A stretch of DNA of 63,879 nt, filler included, from Octopus bimaculoides (Eukaryota): NCBI RefSeq assembly GCF_001194135.2. It is 4 parts of 4 records of this genome, joined end to end, with 100 filler letters (N's around TTAATTAATTAA, not from the genome) between each part and the next. Parts side by side here need not be neighbours in the genome. Positions count along the whole stretch, not along the records: positions 1 to 21,270 come from NC_068987.1; 3 more parts are not named here. One strand, given 5' to 3'. A model generated the notes under the pieces. The model ran no database searches. It saw only the letters and a list, made by a program, of their open reading frames with translations, and had not been told where the DNA came from. The number at the start of each line of letters is the position of its first letter. The stretch's first letter is position 1. Both the position numbers and the translations under genes were made by a program. Below, piece after piece: positions 1 through 13,764 of this stretch.

Positions 1-550
1 TATGCATACGCATGATGTAATCCTTATTATCTCCAGCATGATCTTTGTTAGTGTATCTATGAAGATATACATGTTTACAAATATATAGCTTCAGCTTAAT
101 TTTGATTGCAGCCATACAGACAGACAGACAGATACACTGATGTCGAGATAAACTCTCACATAGATACAGACACACACATATACTCATATGCTTTTACAAA
201 CGAGTGTGTGTGTGTGTGTCTGTCTGTGTGTGGTATGCATGCCGTGTGTGTGCGTGTTTGTGTGTGTGTACATATCTGTATGCGTGGTTATTCGGCTGTT
301 TTCACTCTGTACCGACATAACCTCGCTATATACCAAACAGACCATCCCTCGAGACAAACATTAAAACATCAACCTCGTCGTGTTCTTGGCGCACATTTTC
401 ATTTCCTTATTTTATACGTTTTCATCTTCAATATTTTTTCTCTCTCTTTCTATCTCTGTCCAAACACACACTCTCTCTCTTTCTCTCACTCGTTTTCTCG
501 CTGTAACACTTGCTTTCTCGCCCTCCCGCTCCTCTTCTCTCGGTATATTT

Positions 551-583
<33 letters not shown>

Positions 584-891
584 ATATTAAATATTGTATA
601 CATATATTTATATATTATATGTATATTTATGTTATATATATACATACACACACACTCACACACACAATCTGCGTGTGCGTATATAGAAAGAGAGAGAGAA
701 AAGAGGTATGAAACAGTTTATTTCCTGGTTTTTTTTTTTGGTTTTTTTTTTGTTTTATTAACCTTTCACTGATAAACAAATCGCAACGCAATTAATAGAT
801 ATGTTCCATATACACAGTGCGAAAAACACTGACACACAGACCTGCACACATACACACACTACAACGCACACACACACGCACTCACACGCAC

Positions 892-922
<31 letters not shown>

Positions 923-1209
923 TGTATGTATGTGTATTACTGTGCTACACAATATCAGTCAGTCAGAAGAAATTCCTCACAGTGGGTGAAATACCAATGG
1001 GAAAACATTCTTTCTCCACTGTTAATGAGAGGAGAAATATTGGGCAATAAAATTCTGACAGACAGTTTCAAGGGTTGTAAGCGGCTCCTCAGTGATATCT
1101 TAGTTTTACTTTTTCTGTACATGAAAGCCGTAAGAGGCTTTGATTTATGTGTGTGTACACACACACACACACACATACATGTGTAACTTAATTGCACCAC
1201 CTGATAGGA

Positions 1210-1940
1210 TTATCTAAATCCTTTTAAAGTCAAGTTTTGAGGTATCATGGTCCATTCAAGTATGGAGTTCTTGTTGAATGAGTTGTATCCACGTATAGGT
1301 GGCTTATCTGGTATTCCTTGAAGAAATTTGTCCAGATTCCGTTTAAAGGTGATGACATCCTTTTCCACTTTGATCTGTTTTGATACAAAGTTAAATAGGG
1401 AAAGGCCTGTTGTGGAAAAGAAATTTTGTTTCAGTGTATTTATGTGTTATGAACCTGAATTGAGTAGGGGACGTATGGCCCGTGGTCCTAAACTTGGATG
1501 AATTTTGAAGCTAATGTTGAGGTCCTTTGGGTAATGCTGATAGTATATTCTTCACATCGTGCAAATGATGTATCGCTCACGGCGGTGCTGGAGAGAGTAG
1601 AGTACCAATGCTTTAAGGCGGTCCCAGTAATCGAGATCAGTCATGCCCTTAATTCGTTTAGTGAATGCCCTCTGGGGTGATTCAATTTTCGAGATGCTTT
1701 GTTTTGTATGGGGAAACAACAGGGGGAAGCAGTATTCGAGGTGTGGCCGTACAAAGGAGGGGAGAAATGGAATGATGACATCTTGTTCTCTGAAGGAAGG
1801 TTCTTAGGATCCAGGAGCTATATCGACCTTATTGTTGATGTGGGCACTCCTACTGAGATTGTTATCAATAATTACTCCTAGGCCTCTGATATAATTAGAT
1901 GCTGTGAGCGGTTCCTGAAGGAAGAGATTATTGCTGTTAT
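1210..1940 (-). mobile_element. CR1/L2-group LINE, 3' RT fragment, degenerate
   Basis: Minus-strand translation gives GLGVIIDNNLSRSAHIN...FVRPHLEYC...IESPQRAFTKRI...LKALVLYSLQHRRER...FKRNLDKFLQGIPDKP, with stops and frameshifts. Further fragments may extend to ~2380. Confidence 0.75.
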
Positions 1941-2879
1941 AGCATAGTTTTTTTACTAAAATGCATCAGCTCAAATTTTACCTCGTTTAGTTGCATTTTG
2001 TTTTTGACTGCCCAGTGACTAACCGCTCGTAGATCAAACTGGAGTTGGGTTCGGTCTTCTTCATTGATAATTTTCTGGGGTTTAGAGTCATTAGCGAATA
2101 TTTTCATTTTGCTGTGTTTTATAAATACATAAGAAATAAGATGAGTATTCCGATAGAATGAGGTACTTGAAAAGATATGGACCAGGTAGGTTTGGGTAAT
2201 ATCTATGGTTTTGGCCTATGGTTGGTGAGAGTCGAAATATCAGATAGGCTATTTCGGCTGTGTACACAGAGAAAACCAACCCTATGAATATTTAGTGCCT
2301 AGGGGCTGGTCCAGATCACGCGTTACTTAGAATACTACATTGTTGGTAAACTTTAGGGTGTCCGACAAACCGTAATTTCCCTTGGTGAATTATAATCAAA
2401 TGAATAATAACATACGATAGATAAATTGTCAGCTCATTGCAACTCTTTCTTACGTAACTTTTAATCGAAGAATAAAAAACAATACATCATACAACAATAC
2501 GAGAAGGAGTCTGCTAGGATAGATCATAAAAAGACTGGAGTGCGGTGTAGGAGATCATTTATTACAGTAGGCTTAGCTTAGTGGTAAATGAGGAGGGTCC
2601 ATAAAACAATGAAGGATAAGTGAAATAGATAAATAAATCAAACGTGGAAGGAAAAATAAAATGAAAATAACAAAATACAAACCAATCAGGTATAAGGTAT
2701 ATGAATCTCTAGCTGATGGTAAAAGACTAGGCATGGGAGACAGAGAAAATACAGAAATTGAGAGGTATTCAATGGGCATTGGTTGAAAGTAAGGGGTGCA
2801 CGAGGCCATCAAAAATCAAATTTTTAAAGAAATGAAGGTTATAATGAGTGTTACCTATCAATAAAGGAGTTTAATCAAG

Positions 2880-3200
2880 GATGAGGTTACAAATGAAGTA
2901 CGCCTAGTACGGCGTTAGAGGAAATAGCCAATCGGACATTAAAGAAGACGAGCAGCAGGGAGTAGTCTAATGAATATCTATGGAATGTTAAACGGGTGGC
3001 GATGATATCAAAATTGGTGGTATAATCAAGACAATAGTCACGGGTGAGGGTTTGGATAGTGTGTTTTATCTACAATATAAAAAAGCCCTGCTCGAAAAAC
3101 TAAATGTTGGTGTAAGGAGTACATAGCTAGTAGAAATGGAAACGAGCTATCTAAGGTGTGCAGGCTTGGACTAGAGATAATTATTGTATAAAACCGGGTA
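2880..3200 (-). mobile_element. Possible Penelope-like RT C-terminal remnant
   Basis: SSPSLHTLDSSFPFL...THYPNPH...LDY...HPFNIP resembles the PLE pattern HPSLKFT..S.SLPFLD...HYKPTDSHSYLDY...SIPYSQ. Very degenerate. Confidence 0.4.
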
Positions 3201-3204
3201 CACC

Positions 3205-4260
3205 ATGTGATTACCCCTGCTCCATATCTTAGTAGCGAAACAGTCCAGGTGCAGATAGCTTCAATCTTATTCCGTCCCTTTAATTTCAACTTAAGTATCA
3301 GTCTCAATCTGCGCAAGTACCCCACCTTAAATTTTTCTGTCATTTTTTTTCTCCATCAATTTATCCATTTGCAAAATCCCCAAGCACTTATAGCCCGTCT
3401 CTTCTATCTGCTTCATAACCTCCCTCAACGGTATCGCTAGCACGTCCATACATTTGATTTTGCCTCTTCAAGACTAACACACCATACTTTCTCAGTCCGA
3501 ACTCCATTCTGATATCAGCACTGGAAGAATACACCGTATCAACGAGGGAAATGAGTTGGGATTCATCTTTACTATAAGGTTTGAGGTCATCCATGAATAA
3601 CAGGTGGGTGACTTTTTGTTGGCGGTTTTTGAATACATACCCAGCCTTTGCTTTGGTCAGAATCAGTGTTAGTGGTGTCGTGCACAGTACAAAGAAGCTG
3701 CCTCCTGATTTCTATTGTCCCTTAACTTCTTCCATATGCTGTCAGTTCCGTCGTCCACTTTGCCATACTTTTCCCAATCAATCGCTCAACATTCGATGCA
3801 ATACCAAGTAGGTTTATACATTCCATAATCCAAGAATGTGGGATCATATCGTACGCCTTACGATAATCGACCCATGACATGGCTAAGTTACTTTTCCTCC
3901 TCTTGCAGTCTCTAAGTGCACTTTTGTTTACCAGGAGTTGATCCTTGGTATCTCTGCACTAACGCTTGCAACCCTTCTGCTCATGTGGCAGAACTCCATT
4001 TTTGTTTTCCAGGTGTTCGTACATTGACTCTGCAACTATACCAGTCAATAATTTCCACATAAGTGGCAAGCTGGATGTCTGTCGGCCTCTAATTGTCTAC
4101 CGTATTGCCTGTTTCGATGTTTTGCAAACATTTTTTTTTTCTTTTTGTTGATATCCTTCACAAATGACTAGTTCTGCCTGTTTTGGACAAACTACGGCTT
4201 GTTTCATTTCTTGCAACCATTCAGCATCCTTCTTGTGCTCCTTGTCGTTGCTCCAGATGT
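3205..4260 (-). mobile_element. R4/Dong-like (RLE-type) non-LTR retrotransposon RT fragment
   Basis: Motifs RP(T)[13 protein letters not shown], VDYRKAYDMIPHSWI, MDDLKxYSKDESQL, MEFGLRKxGVLVLKR, YLRRLRLILK..L.GRNKIEAI.TW.VSLLRYGAG. Confidence 0.8.
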
Positions 4261-4268
4261 TGTTGTTG

Positions 4269-4311
<43 letters not shown>

Positions 4312-5684
4312 GATATTATATAAACGTGATCCAGCAATAGCTGTGTATCTGCATGTCATCAGGTGAGTGACTGCGAGAGCACCCGTGGATAGTCTATTGT
4401 TTCTCGTTGTTTTATATCTATATTCTGCTTTTAGTATTCCATTCCCAAAGAGCAACACGCAGAGTCAAAGAGGCAAGTGACGAAAATGTACCAAAATGAA
4501 GAAATGGAAATAAAATTTAAAAATACAATTTTTTTTCAAACTCGAAGCACTTCAAACGCTGTTTTGCATAGAAAAGGGCGAAGGATTCTTGTGGAACTGG
4601 AACCTGCATCATCTGTAGAAATGCCAGACGTTCTATAATCGGATCAAACCAATCTGTGGAATTTCTCTCTCTCCTTTAGAAACTTTCTTCTTAGCAGCAA
4701 GAATCCTGTTGTTGACTTTATAAAAATTTATAAATTTTCGTGGGAGCCTGAAGTAATTTATCTTGGGAACTAGATCTCGAAGTAGATGATGAAGTTATAA
4801 ATAATAGCATGTAAACATTAGGCTGAAAAACCCTTTTTTGACAGAAAAGTCGGTCTCTATGTCTGGGTGTAAAAGAAAGTCTACAATCCAAGCTGTCAGA
4901 GTTGAAAAGAAATTTCTTAAGTTAATCATGACAAATGGTTCACAAGGGAAACATACGAAGATAATGGTAGTGTATTAGAGAAAAGTCGCTGTACATACAT
5001 ATACACTCACTCAGGCATATTCATACACAAGCACTGTCGAATACGCCCGCGCCCGTATGAGCATTATGTATATGTATATGTATATATGCATACATAAGAA
5101 TATAAGCGTATCTATACCTAGATATGTGTTTATGTGTGATGAATGTGTCTTTTATCGTGTAAACGAAGTAAACAATAAGGTGTCTTCCTGTCTTTTTTAA
5201 ACTGCTACGGCGAATCTTCTTTCACTCGTATTTCTTTCAGACAGTGGATGGTGGCCATGAAACCATTTTAACTTTTCTAAGCCATATTGCAAATAAATAA
5301 TTACTTCATTATGCAGCATGGTATGAAAATTACTTTAGCTTTTAAAATTAAGTTCTATAGTTTGTGTTTGATTGAAGTAGATATTTGCTATATTTTTTGC
5401 GGACAGAGAATTTGTTTGTTATTTTGCATCTTATGAGAGTGGAATGAAACGGAGATATACCAGAAAAATCATAATTGCGCGCACGCGCACACACGCACAT
5501 ACATGCTAAAGGCAAAATACAGAAAAAAGTCTAAAATGTGTAAAAAAATATATGAGCAATAAACCTATAAAACAATATCTCTAAAAATATGCAAAAAAAA
5601 TATATAAAAAATATATAAGAAATATGAGTAAAAAGCATAGAGAGATAAAAGCTTGTATGTGGACACAATATAAAAAGCAAGTCT

Positions 5685-5837
5685 TATCAGTAATCTCGGG
5701 GGTGGGGACCAAAAACGCAACAAATATTTAGCCACGTGTGAACATAATCCGAAAAGTTCACTTCTTTTCGGATCATGTCCACATGTGGCTAAATATTGGT
5801 TACGTTTTTAGCTTACCCCCACTCGAGATTACAGATA
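5685..5837. repeat. Palindromic MITE-like element with ~70-bp imperfect arms
   Basis: Left arm GTAATCTCGGG...AAATATTTAGCCACGTGTGAACATAATCCGAAAAG; right arm CTTTTCGGATCATGTCCACATGTGGCTAAATATT...CTCGAGATTAC. Confidence 0.8.
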
Positions 5838-6213
5838 GGACTTGCTTTCTCTATTGTGTCTCTGTACAAGTTTTTTTTATCTCTCTATACGTTTTACTTA
5901 TTGACAGAAACGAACTCTCATCACCTGAAATTAAGATGAAATATGCAAATTAAAGAGGTTGATATTCCATTGCGACTTCGAGACCCAAAACTGCAGGTAT
6001 TCATTAGGAGTATCACTACTGAAAAATATATCAACAAATACAGCTTAAATTTGCTGAGAATTCTTTCATTCATTCGCTTGTTTCCGTCCTTGAACTGCGG
6101 CAATGCTGGGGCACTACCTTGAAGAATTTGTAGTTAAATGAATCGACCCTAGAACACGCGCGCGCATACGCACATACACACATGCGCGCGCGCGCACACA
6201 CATGTATATATGT

Positions 6214-6365
6214 ACGACGAGCTTCATCAGTTTCCGTCTTCCAAATCTACTCAAAAGGCTTCCGTCGGCCTGAGGCTATAGTAGAAGACACTTGCTCAAG
6301 GTGCCACGAAGTGGGACTGAACCCGGAACCATGTCGTTAGGAAACAAGATTCTTACCACACAGCG
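6214..6365 (-). mobile_element. tRNA-derived SINE family A, 5' head
   Basis: Reverse complement reads GCTGTGTGGTAAG...GGTTCAGTCCCAC..GGCACCTTGAGCAAGTGTCTTCTACTATAGCC (A/B-box-like head). Same family as 53955-54355 and 62446-62803. Confidence 0.75.
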
Positions 6366-6752
6366 GATCTTTTCTGTTTTTCCATAAACCAAGGATGCAT
6401 CTTGAAGAAGAAATGCATCAAAATACACTGCAAACTAAGTAATACCGATATAAAAGATGGAAGTAGTTTGAAGACTAACTGAACCAAAGAAAGAAAAATT
6501 AATAAAGGAAATCACAAAATAAAAGACAAACAAAATATTTGGAATGTGTGAAGCTTCAATCTAATATTGTCAGTTCGTTGCTGATGGCTTCGTTATCAGG
6601 AATAGATTCTGCGAACTTGATAAACTTGATAAAATCGAATTTCTTACATAATAATTCCGGATGAATGCAGGAAGTTTCCAGAAACAAAATCCACACCACA
6701 CACGTACACTAAGGCTCGCGTGTGCATACACACACACACTCTCTCACACACA

Positions 6753-6796
<44 letters not shown>

Positions 6797-7569
6797 CTCT
6801 CTCTCTCTCTTTCTCTCTCATTCCCTCTTTCATATATATCCTCACACACTGTCATATAAAGAAATATAGAACCTTTAAACTAGGAGGCAGACAGACAGAC
6901 AGGCATGTAGCAGAATGTCTGGTGTAGAGAAAACATATCGTTGGTGGGGTTGCGAGTGGCGACGAAAGGATTTTGAGAAAATTGAAAGATTGATTGACTG
7001 GACAATTAATCAAGCCAGCGATTAGTTAATTGGTTAAATAATCAATCAATTGCCAAATAAAGACATGAAATATAACCAAATGCGTGTGTTTATTATTGGT
7101 ATAATGACCTTCCCGAGATACAGCAAAAGTGATTATTTCCTGGTACATTAAAAAAAATATACAAATTCAATCAACGCTTCATTTGCAGTTAGACTATAGA
7201 ATATTGTATTCAGTTCCGTCGTTTTAAATCTTGGTTTTACATGTTTGGTAGTTTTAGTTCTACTCTGCATTCTTGCTGCATTTACATATGTGCGTCCCTG
7301 TGCATCTGTAATTATATGTATGTGTGTGTTTCTAGGTATTTATTTCTCAATATTCACTCGCATCAGGCTATTTGCGTTACGCTGAGAGATATATACTGTA
7401 GATATTGTAAATCTAGGCGCTAACGATTCGGTTAACTCCCTTTAATTCATCTCAGATATTTTCTCGCATACATTTTAATTAACATAAATCACCTGACATG
7501 AAAGATAGTTCTAACGAATCGTCCATGCGCACCAACTTACTACATACCTTACGATACATCTCTTACATT

Positions 7570-7775
7570 TCACTGGTTTCATTCATTAGATTGCGGCCAT
7601 GCTGGGGCACCACCTTGAAGGGTTTAGTCGAACAAATCGGCCCCAGAACTTATATTGTTAACAGTCTGTTTTGCCGAGCCGATCAGTTACTGTTTTTTAT
7701 TATTTTTCCTAAACATCCCCTTGTAAATACGGTTACAGAGCGTGTATATCGGTATAAACATTGGCAGAAACACAC
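7570..7775 (-). mobile_element. SINE family A, 3' part
   Basis: TGCGGCCATGCTGGGGCACC...TTTAGTCGAACAAATCG matches the 3' part of the copy at 53955. Confidence 0.65.
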
Positions 7776-8963
7776 GTTTAGTTCATATAAATGATATCTA
7801 TCATTATATATAATTTAAACATTAATTTTCTTCTTACATTTCACATTCACTAGATATATCATTCTCTAAGACTTTAGGGTTTAATTTAATCTACATATCG
7901 TTATATGCTTCTCATTTATTTGTTTTTTTCTTTCCTTTACATCTCCTCTTTCTATAGGCTGCCTTTGACGTTATATCCTTAATAGTGTTAAGTTAATCAC
8001 TATACATATTTATCTTATTCTGTTAGAATCTGTTATTGACGAGTTTCATTTCTTCATTTCCTTGCAGAGAAGATTACATTGTTTTACACCATTTTATTCC
8101 TTTGGAATAATACAAATGATGTCTTCGAAACACGTGTCAGAAATAAAAGAATTTATTTATATATATTATACAAAATATTTCACGTAAACCCGGAGTTTCT
8201 ACCTTTAAAAACAAGGAGTTACACCCTTTTTACTTGTGTGATATTTTGCTACCTTGTTAACTGTTTATGTATTTTTTCCGTGTTAATTGTTAACAAGGGA
8301 AAAATACACACACACACTCATACAAGCATAAATATATATATAACATGTACATATAACATATATTTAACATATATGTATATATAACATTTATATTACATAT
8401 ATATAACATATATTTATATATTGGGGTGGGGGGTGAAAGACATGGAGAGGAAAAAAGAAAAAGAAAGAGGCATGAACTTGCAGACTGTGTCTCACGCAAT
8501 ATCTTAATTATTTCCGATCGCGTGGATTTATTAACTTATGTTTTAACCCGAAAACAAACTGCTCAGCAAAAGACTATTATATTTCCCAGACACAGATTAG
8601 AATAAAGAAAAAATAGAAAGAAATAAAGAACGAATGATATAAATAGATCGGAGCGGTGGAGGAGGCGAAACATTGAAAGCTGAAAGACAGAAGAGAAAAT
8701 AAAAAGAGAAAGAAAATGAATGAAAGAGTCAGAATGATTTGGGAATCATTGGACATTGAAAAGTAACCAGAAACGAAGAGTAACCAGTTATTTACGGTTC
8801 CTAGATAGTTTACTCATATTGTATGAAGTGAGATGGAAAAGATCACCATATTTATAATGTTTACGCTCATCCGGCGGCTAGAGAAAGGGAGAAAAAAATA
8901 AAGGAAAAATAAATGAGCTAAAATAACTGTGTGGGTATGTGAGATAGAAGGGAGAGAAAGAGG

Positions 8964-9023
<60 letters not shown>

Positions 9024-10221
9024 ATAAACACAGAGTTAACCAGAATTTTAAAGTTTCTTAATAGCAAATGTTTTCTAATAAATTATTGTATAGAAGCGAA
9101 TCTCAGAGCGAAATAAGTGTGGCTAGGAAAGTCATCTGGCATGAAATAGTGACCAATGAAAATCATTGGTCATATTTTCTACACTTATGAATAGTCCAGT
9201 AACCACAAGTGTCTATTTATAGCCGTTTTTTATTCCTCTAACGGTCGATGTCAGAGAGCAGAATATGTACTTCATCGGCTTTTGACAGAAATGGAAGCTA
9301 ATAAAACCGAGCAAAACTAGTTATTAAAAGAACCCACCACAAAACCGGTGTTTATCGAGAATTTACAATTACGTACACAACAAACATACAACAACACACA
9401 AAAGCAGACGCAATCTAACATCTTCTTCGTCTTAGCCTCTTCCTCCCTGCTTTCGTGTACACAAAACACACATGCACATCATATATTNNNNNNNNNNNNN
9501 NNNNNNNNNNNNNNNNNNNNNNNNNNNNNNNNNNNNNNNNNNNNNNNNNNNNNNNNNNNNNNNNNNNNNNNNNNNNNNNNNNNNNNNNNNNNNNNNNNNN
9601 NNNNNNNNNNNNNNNNNNNNNNNNNNNNNNNNNNNNNNNNNNNNNNNNNNNNNNNNNNNNNNNNNNNNNNNNNNNNNNNNNNNNNNNNNNNNNNNNNNNN
9701 NNNNNATATATATATATATATATAAAATAAACACAAAAAGAGGTGAGCCTTAACAGATCGTCTTACATGCTAGAAGGATCAGTCAAAAGTCCAAACAACA
9801 GTTAAGAGCGATTTCGCATGGAATGAAAAAAGAATCATTTACCATGTTTTACAGCCGGACCTTAGGTTTCGAATTTTAATTAGCAAATAATATAATTTGC
9901 AAGGCGAAGTTATCATCAGCGGGTAAACCTTAACATATAAATTAGAGACAAAATAATGTCTCATCTTTATATATTATAATTATCCAAATCCACCGCACAA
10001 GCACAGTTCCAGTCTCTCTCTCCGCCCTCTCTCTATCTCTCTCTCTCTCTCTCTCCCTATATACACCTGCTTCTTGTTTCTATCCCTGTCTTCCGTAAAT
10101 TTGAACTATATATATATATGTCTGTGTGCGTGCGCGCGCGTATATGCATACATACACACACACTCACACATATATGGATAGATGAATATGTATGTTTATA
10201 TTCTTTGTCTTTGCGTTCGTA

Positions 10222-10427
10222 TTTGTGTCCCACTGTTGTTGCTTGACAGCCGGCGTTGGATTCTTCAAGACCTCATTGCTCAGCTTTTCGTCACAGGGAC
10301 TGATGGAATAATTTTCCAAGCGTCAAGAAATAAGTCATGGGGTCGATTCCTTCGGCTAAAACCCTACAAAGCAGTTCCCCAGTGTGGGCACAGTTTAATG
10401 ACTGAAACATGTAAAAGAAATAAAAGA
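10222..10427 (+). mobile_element. SINE family A, 3' part
   Basis: GCTTGACAGCCGGCGTTGG...AATAAGTC..GGGGTCGATT...ATGACTGAAACATGTAAAAG matches the 3' half of 62446-62803. Confidence 0.65.
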
Positions 10428-10567
10428 TTAATGATTAAAGAATCCTTTTAAACAGAAGACGAGATTATCCGTGTAGTGGGAAATCTTTTGAACATAACAA
10501 AGCCCCATCAAGTTTATCTCAGCAGCAGTAGAAACCAAACCAAAGCAACAACAACAATAATAATAAT

Positions 10568-10735
10568 GATTTCAAATTTGTGCCATAAGGACAGCTTGGG
10601 GGAGGGATTAAGTCGATTACATCGACCCCAGTGGTACTTATTTAATCGACCCTGAAAGGATGAAAGGCAAAGTCGATCTCGGCGGAATTTGAACTCAGAA
10701 CATAGCGACTGCCGAAATACCGCTAAGCACTTCCA
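10568..10735 (-). mobile_element. tRNA-derived SINE family B
   Basis: GGATGAAAGGCAAAGTCGATCTCGGCGGAATTTGAACTCAGAAC core. Same family as 60095-60297. Confidence 0.75.
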
Positions 10736-11270
10736 CCTCGATGCCTTGATACTAATAATAATAATAACAACAACGACAGCAACAATAATAATAACGAGAT
10801 CAAGAATAATAAAATTTTATTCCAAGAGTTTCTGCCTTCAGATCCATCGCATTCCTCTTTGCAATAACAATGGAAAAGTCTACGTATTGTGTTGCTATGG
10901 ATGTTGTAACGTGCATGCATTTCCTGAAACGCAATCCAGTGAATTGTATGACATAAACAGTTGGCTATATAATACAACACTTATAAATGGGTGAATCAGA
11001 AAAATCAATACAAAATCAATCAATGAATGAAATGTTTTCTTTTCTCTTTCTCACTCTTTTCTTCCTTTATTCTTCCGTATTCTTTCCTCACCCCACCCCC
11101 TCACCACCTCGATTTCATTCTCTCTCTTGTTTCTCTGTGAACGTCACATGACCTTGAAATGACAATAAACCTGATTGATTACTTGTTACTCACAAACTGA
11201 CAGGAATTCAGCTCTCGTCACTGCCAACCTCTCCCACCCCTACACCTGTAGCCGTTTGCTGCTGACGCTG

Positions 11271-11359
11271 GTGGTGGTGGTGGTGGTGGTGGTGGTGGTG
11301 GTGGTGGTGGTGGTGGTGGTGGTGGTGGTGATGATGATGATAATGATGAGGATGACGAA

Positions 11360-11392
<33 letters not shown>

Positions 11393-11436
11393 AACGACGA
11401 CGACAATGACGATGATAATGATGATGTTGATGATTG
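11271..11436. repeat. Compound (GGT)n(GAT)n microsatellite
   Basis: Seen directly; it generates the poly-V/M/H/P/S ORFs. Confidence 0.95.
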
Positions 11437-11847
11437 ATAAATAGTAAACAATAAATGAGAAGCGAGTTGTTTCCTAAATACACTTCAAAGGAGAGAATAT
11501 AAAGTGGTTTTATTGAGTTTATGACAAAGAAAGAATTGAGCAAGAAAAGGAATTAGGGAACCTGGAATGATTGGTGTAGTGACTGCGGTGGTGGTGGGGG
11601 GTGGAGTGGTGGTAGCGGCTGTGGTGGTTGTGGTGCCGGTGGTGTGGGTGGCGGTAAGCAATAACTTGATATTATGGCTGTTAGAATAATGCCATTGTGG
11701 ATAGTTGTGGTTTGAAGAACCAGTGGACGACAGGTTCCTGGGATTCAGTTAAGGTCAACATTGAAAAATCTTTTACCGGACAGTTCTACAGAGAAATATT
11801 GTATAAACTCTACAGGTACAGCTTTATTGTCAGCTAGGCCTGTCCAA

Positions 11848-12195
11848 GACAACTTTCGCAGAAATATTCATTCACAATTCGTTGGCCAAAACTTGAAGAA
11901 CAGTAGTGTGGTTCAAATTCTGCTTCTCTGCAATCAAGTGGACGGTTAACTGACGGTCTCTGCTTCGCTCCATATTTTCATAATTTCTTGAAGTCGATGG
12001 CCTTCCTTACTGAGAATTATTTTCAACGGATTCTCGACTCACTCTAAAAGGTTTAAACTATCTGAAAACCTATGGTTTTGATAAAGTAGTCGCCTCGTAA
12101 GCCTGTTAAATTTTTGTACCAGTTTCAGTGGCATTGTACTCGAGTTTGAAGCAAAATCTGATTGCATAGCGTTACTTGTAACTGTGTTCGCTCAT
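11848..12195 (-). mobile_element. mariner transposase N-terminal remnant
   Basis: MSEHSYK*RYAIRFCFKLEYNATET...VFR*FK.F..SRESVEN...GRPSTS...DRQLTVHLIAE.QNLNHTTV..VL.NEL is the mariner HTH region, with several stops. Confidence 0.8.
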
Positions 12196-12924
12196 TTTCG
12201 CAAAACGTGGAGTCACAGTTCACGCGATTGCTGCTGGAATTGAAGTTATACGGGATGTTGATGTGGCAACACCGTGAAGGGAACCACGCAGTGTTGCCAG
12301 ATCGAACGCTTCGAGACTTGTTTCATGAATTTATTTACCGATCTCGTAGACTACAGCTCGCCCATGAACATTTTCTAAAGGACAATTCTCGATATTACAA
12401 AACCCGAAATATAATTTTGTCATTAGTTATTTTTGTTCTCATGAGTCGTCATGGTCTGTGCCCTCAGTGACGGAAAAATTGAGATCATTATTTGTATCAG
12501 CCAAGCAGACTGCAAATGATTTTTTTGTTCCATTTTGTCCATGGAGAAGCATTTATTTTAAGATCATTAAAGAACTTAAAAACTCTTGCACGAGACTGTT
12601 TAAGATTTAATTACATTAAGACAAAATCAAAGTTGTTCCCTTCATAGAAGGAGCTTACACTGAGACTCATTTTAGCCGGAAGTGAGACGGATATCTAAAA
12701 GGAAGCTTTTAAGATTTTACGAACCGAAGGGAAAAGCTACATTTTTTTTTTTTTCACGTTTGAAGTGTCTGAGCTGGGAGATCTGCTTATTAATGATGGG
12801 TTGTGGTGCAATTTTAGTTGACACTTTTCAAGCATCGAAAGCTTGAAAAATATTCAAAAGACTGTTAATAGCTGTCTGTGGAGTGAGAAAATTTATTCCG
12901 GAAAATACTAGCACTTTGTAAAGA

Positions 12925-12961
<37 letters not shown>

Positions 12962-13764
12962 AGAGAGCCGAGTTGACGTTTAAATGGAAAAAAAAAAACT
13001 TGCAGGCTGGGAAAAAAATACTTTTGAATTAATTCTGCGAAGTTTGCTTCTGCTGAATAAAAATATTGAAAATTCTATGTTGCATCAATAGATATACCTT
13101 CCTTTGGTTGAGTGCGAGATCCACTTGTGTTTGTGCGTGTATTAAGAAAATTTGTTTCACCAGACGAAGATGATTTGACTGAAATCAGAAATGACAGAGA
13201 TGTTTAGCTGCGGTGCTTAGTAGAGGCATAGCATCATTCTCAATGTCTTTCCATCACAAATAACGCCCACCCTCCACTACCATCACCATCATCCTCAGTA
13301 TTTTAGATCACTTAAAACAATTCCTCTATTTTCAATTTCGTGTCAAGAGGTCACTGTTTCAAGCTGGAATTAGGGGACTGATAGACGTTGAAAGAAAGCA
13401 ATCTCGAACAAAGGAAAACGTGATATATTACGCTACAAACTTCCTACCAGTTTTTGTTCGTATTTTATTTTCGAATATGTATTTCTACCCAAAAACATCG
13501 AGTAAGTAGAAAACATTAATTTGCATTTATACCTTGTTGTCTATTTGCAATAAATAATGGGATATAAATGATATTTTTATAGATCTGAGCGATGAGAATA
13601 CGTTCAGCATACTTATACATTCATCAGCCTTGAAATAGCATCTGTGCAATAGAATCACTGCTGCATCCATGATAAAAACATGTGCATAACTTGTGACAAC
13701 TGTTAAAACGTAGAACGGTGCAAGTTATACGTAATGTATCAATGTACATCACTGCTACAATGTA

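Noticed and set aside
106-1200. Several 60-200 aa ORFs (VCVC, YIYI, THTH repeats)
   Set aside because: They are translations of (GT)n, (AT)n, (CT)n and (ATGT)n microsatellites. The same applies to similar ORFs at 11.2, 47.9, 52.4, 58.4, 59.9 and 63.5 kb.
5241-5320. Plus-strand 80-nt exon-like segment (tttctttcAG...ATG|GTATGA)
   Set aside because: Stops in all three frames. It could only be a non-coding exon, and there is no supporting evidence.
8040-8290. Strong plus-strand acceptor ttccttgcAG at ~8067
   Set aside because: No recognisable coding frame or partner exon; such signals are common by chance.
9150-9172. 10-bp inverted repeat TGACCAATGA-AAA-TCATTGGTCA
   Set aside because: Short and AT-rich, with no context suggesting function.
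12670-13330. CCGGAAGTG ETS motif plus a GA repeat as a promoter
   Set aside because: A single motif in a region where CpG is not locally distinctive; insufficient support.
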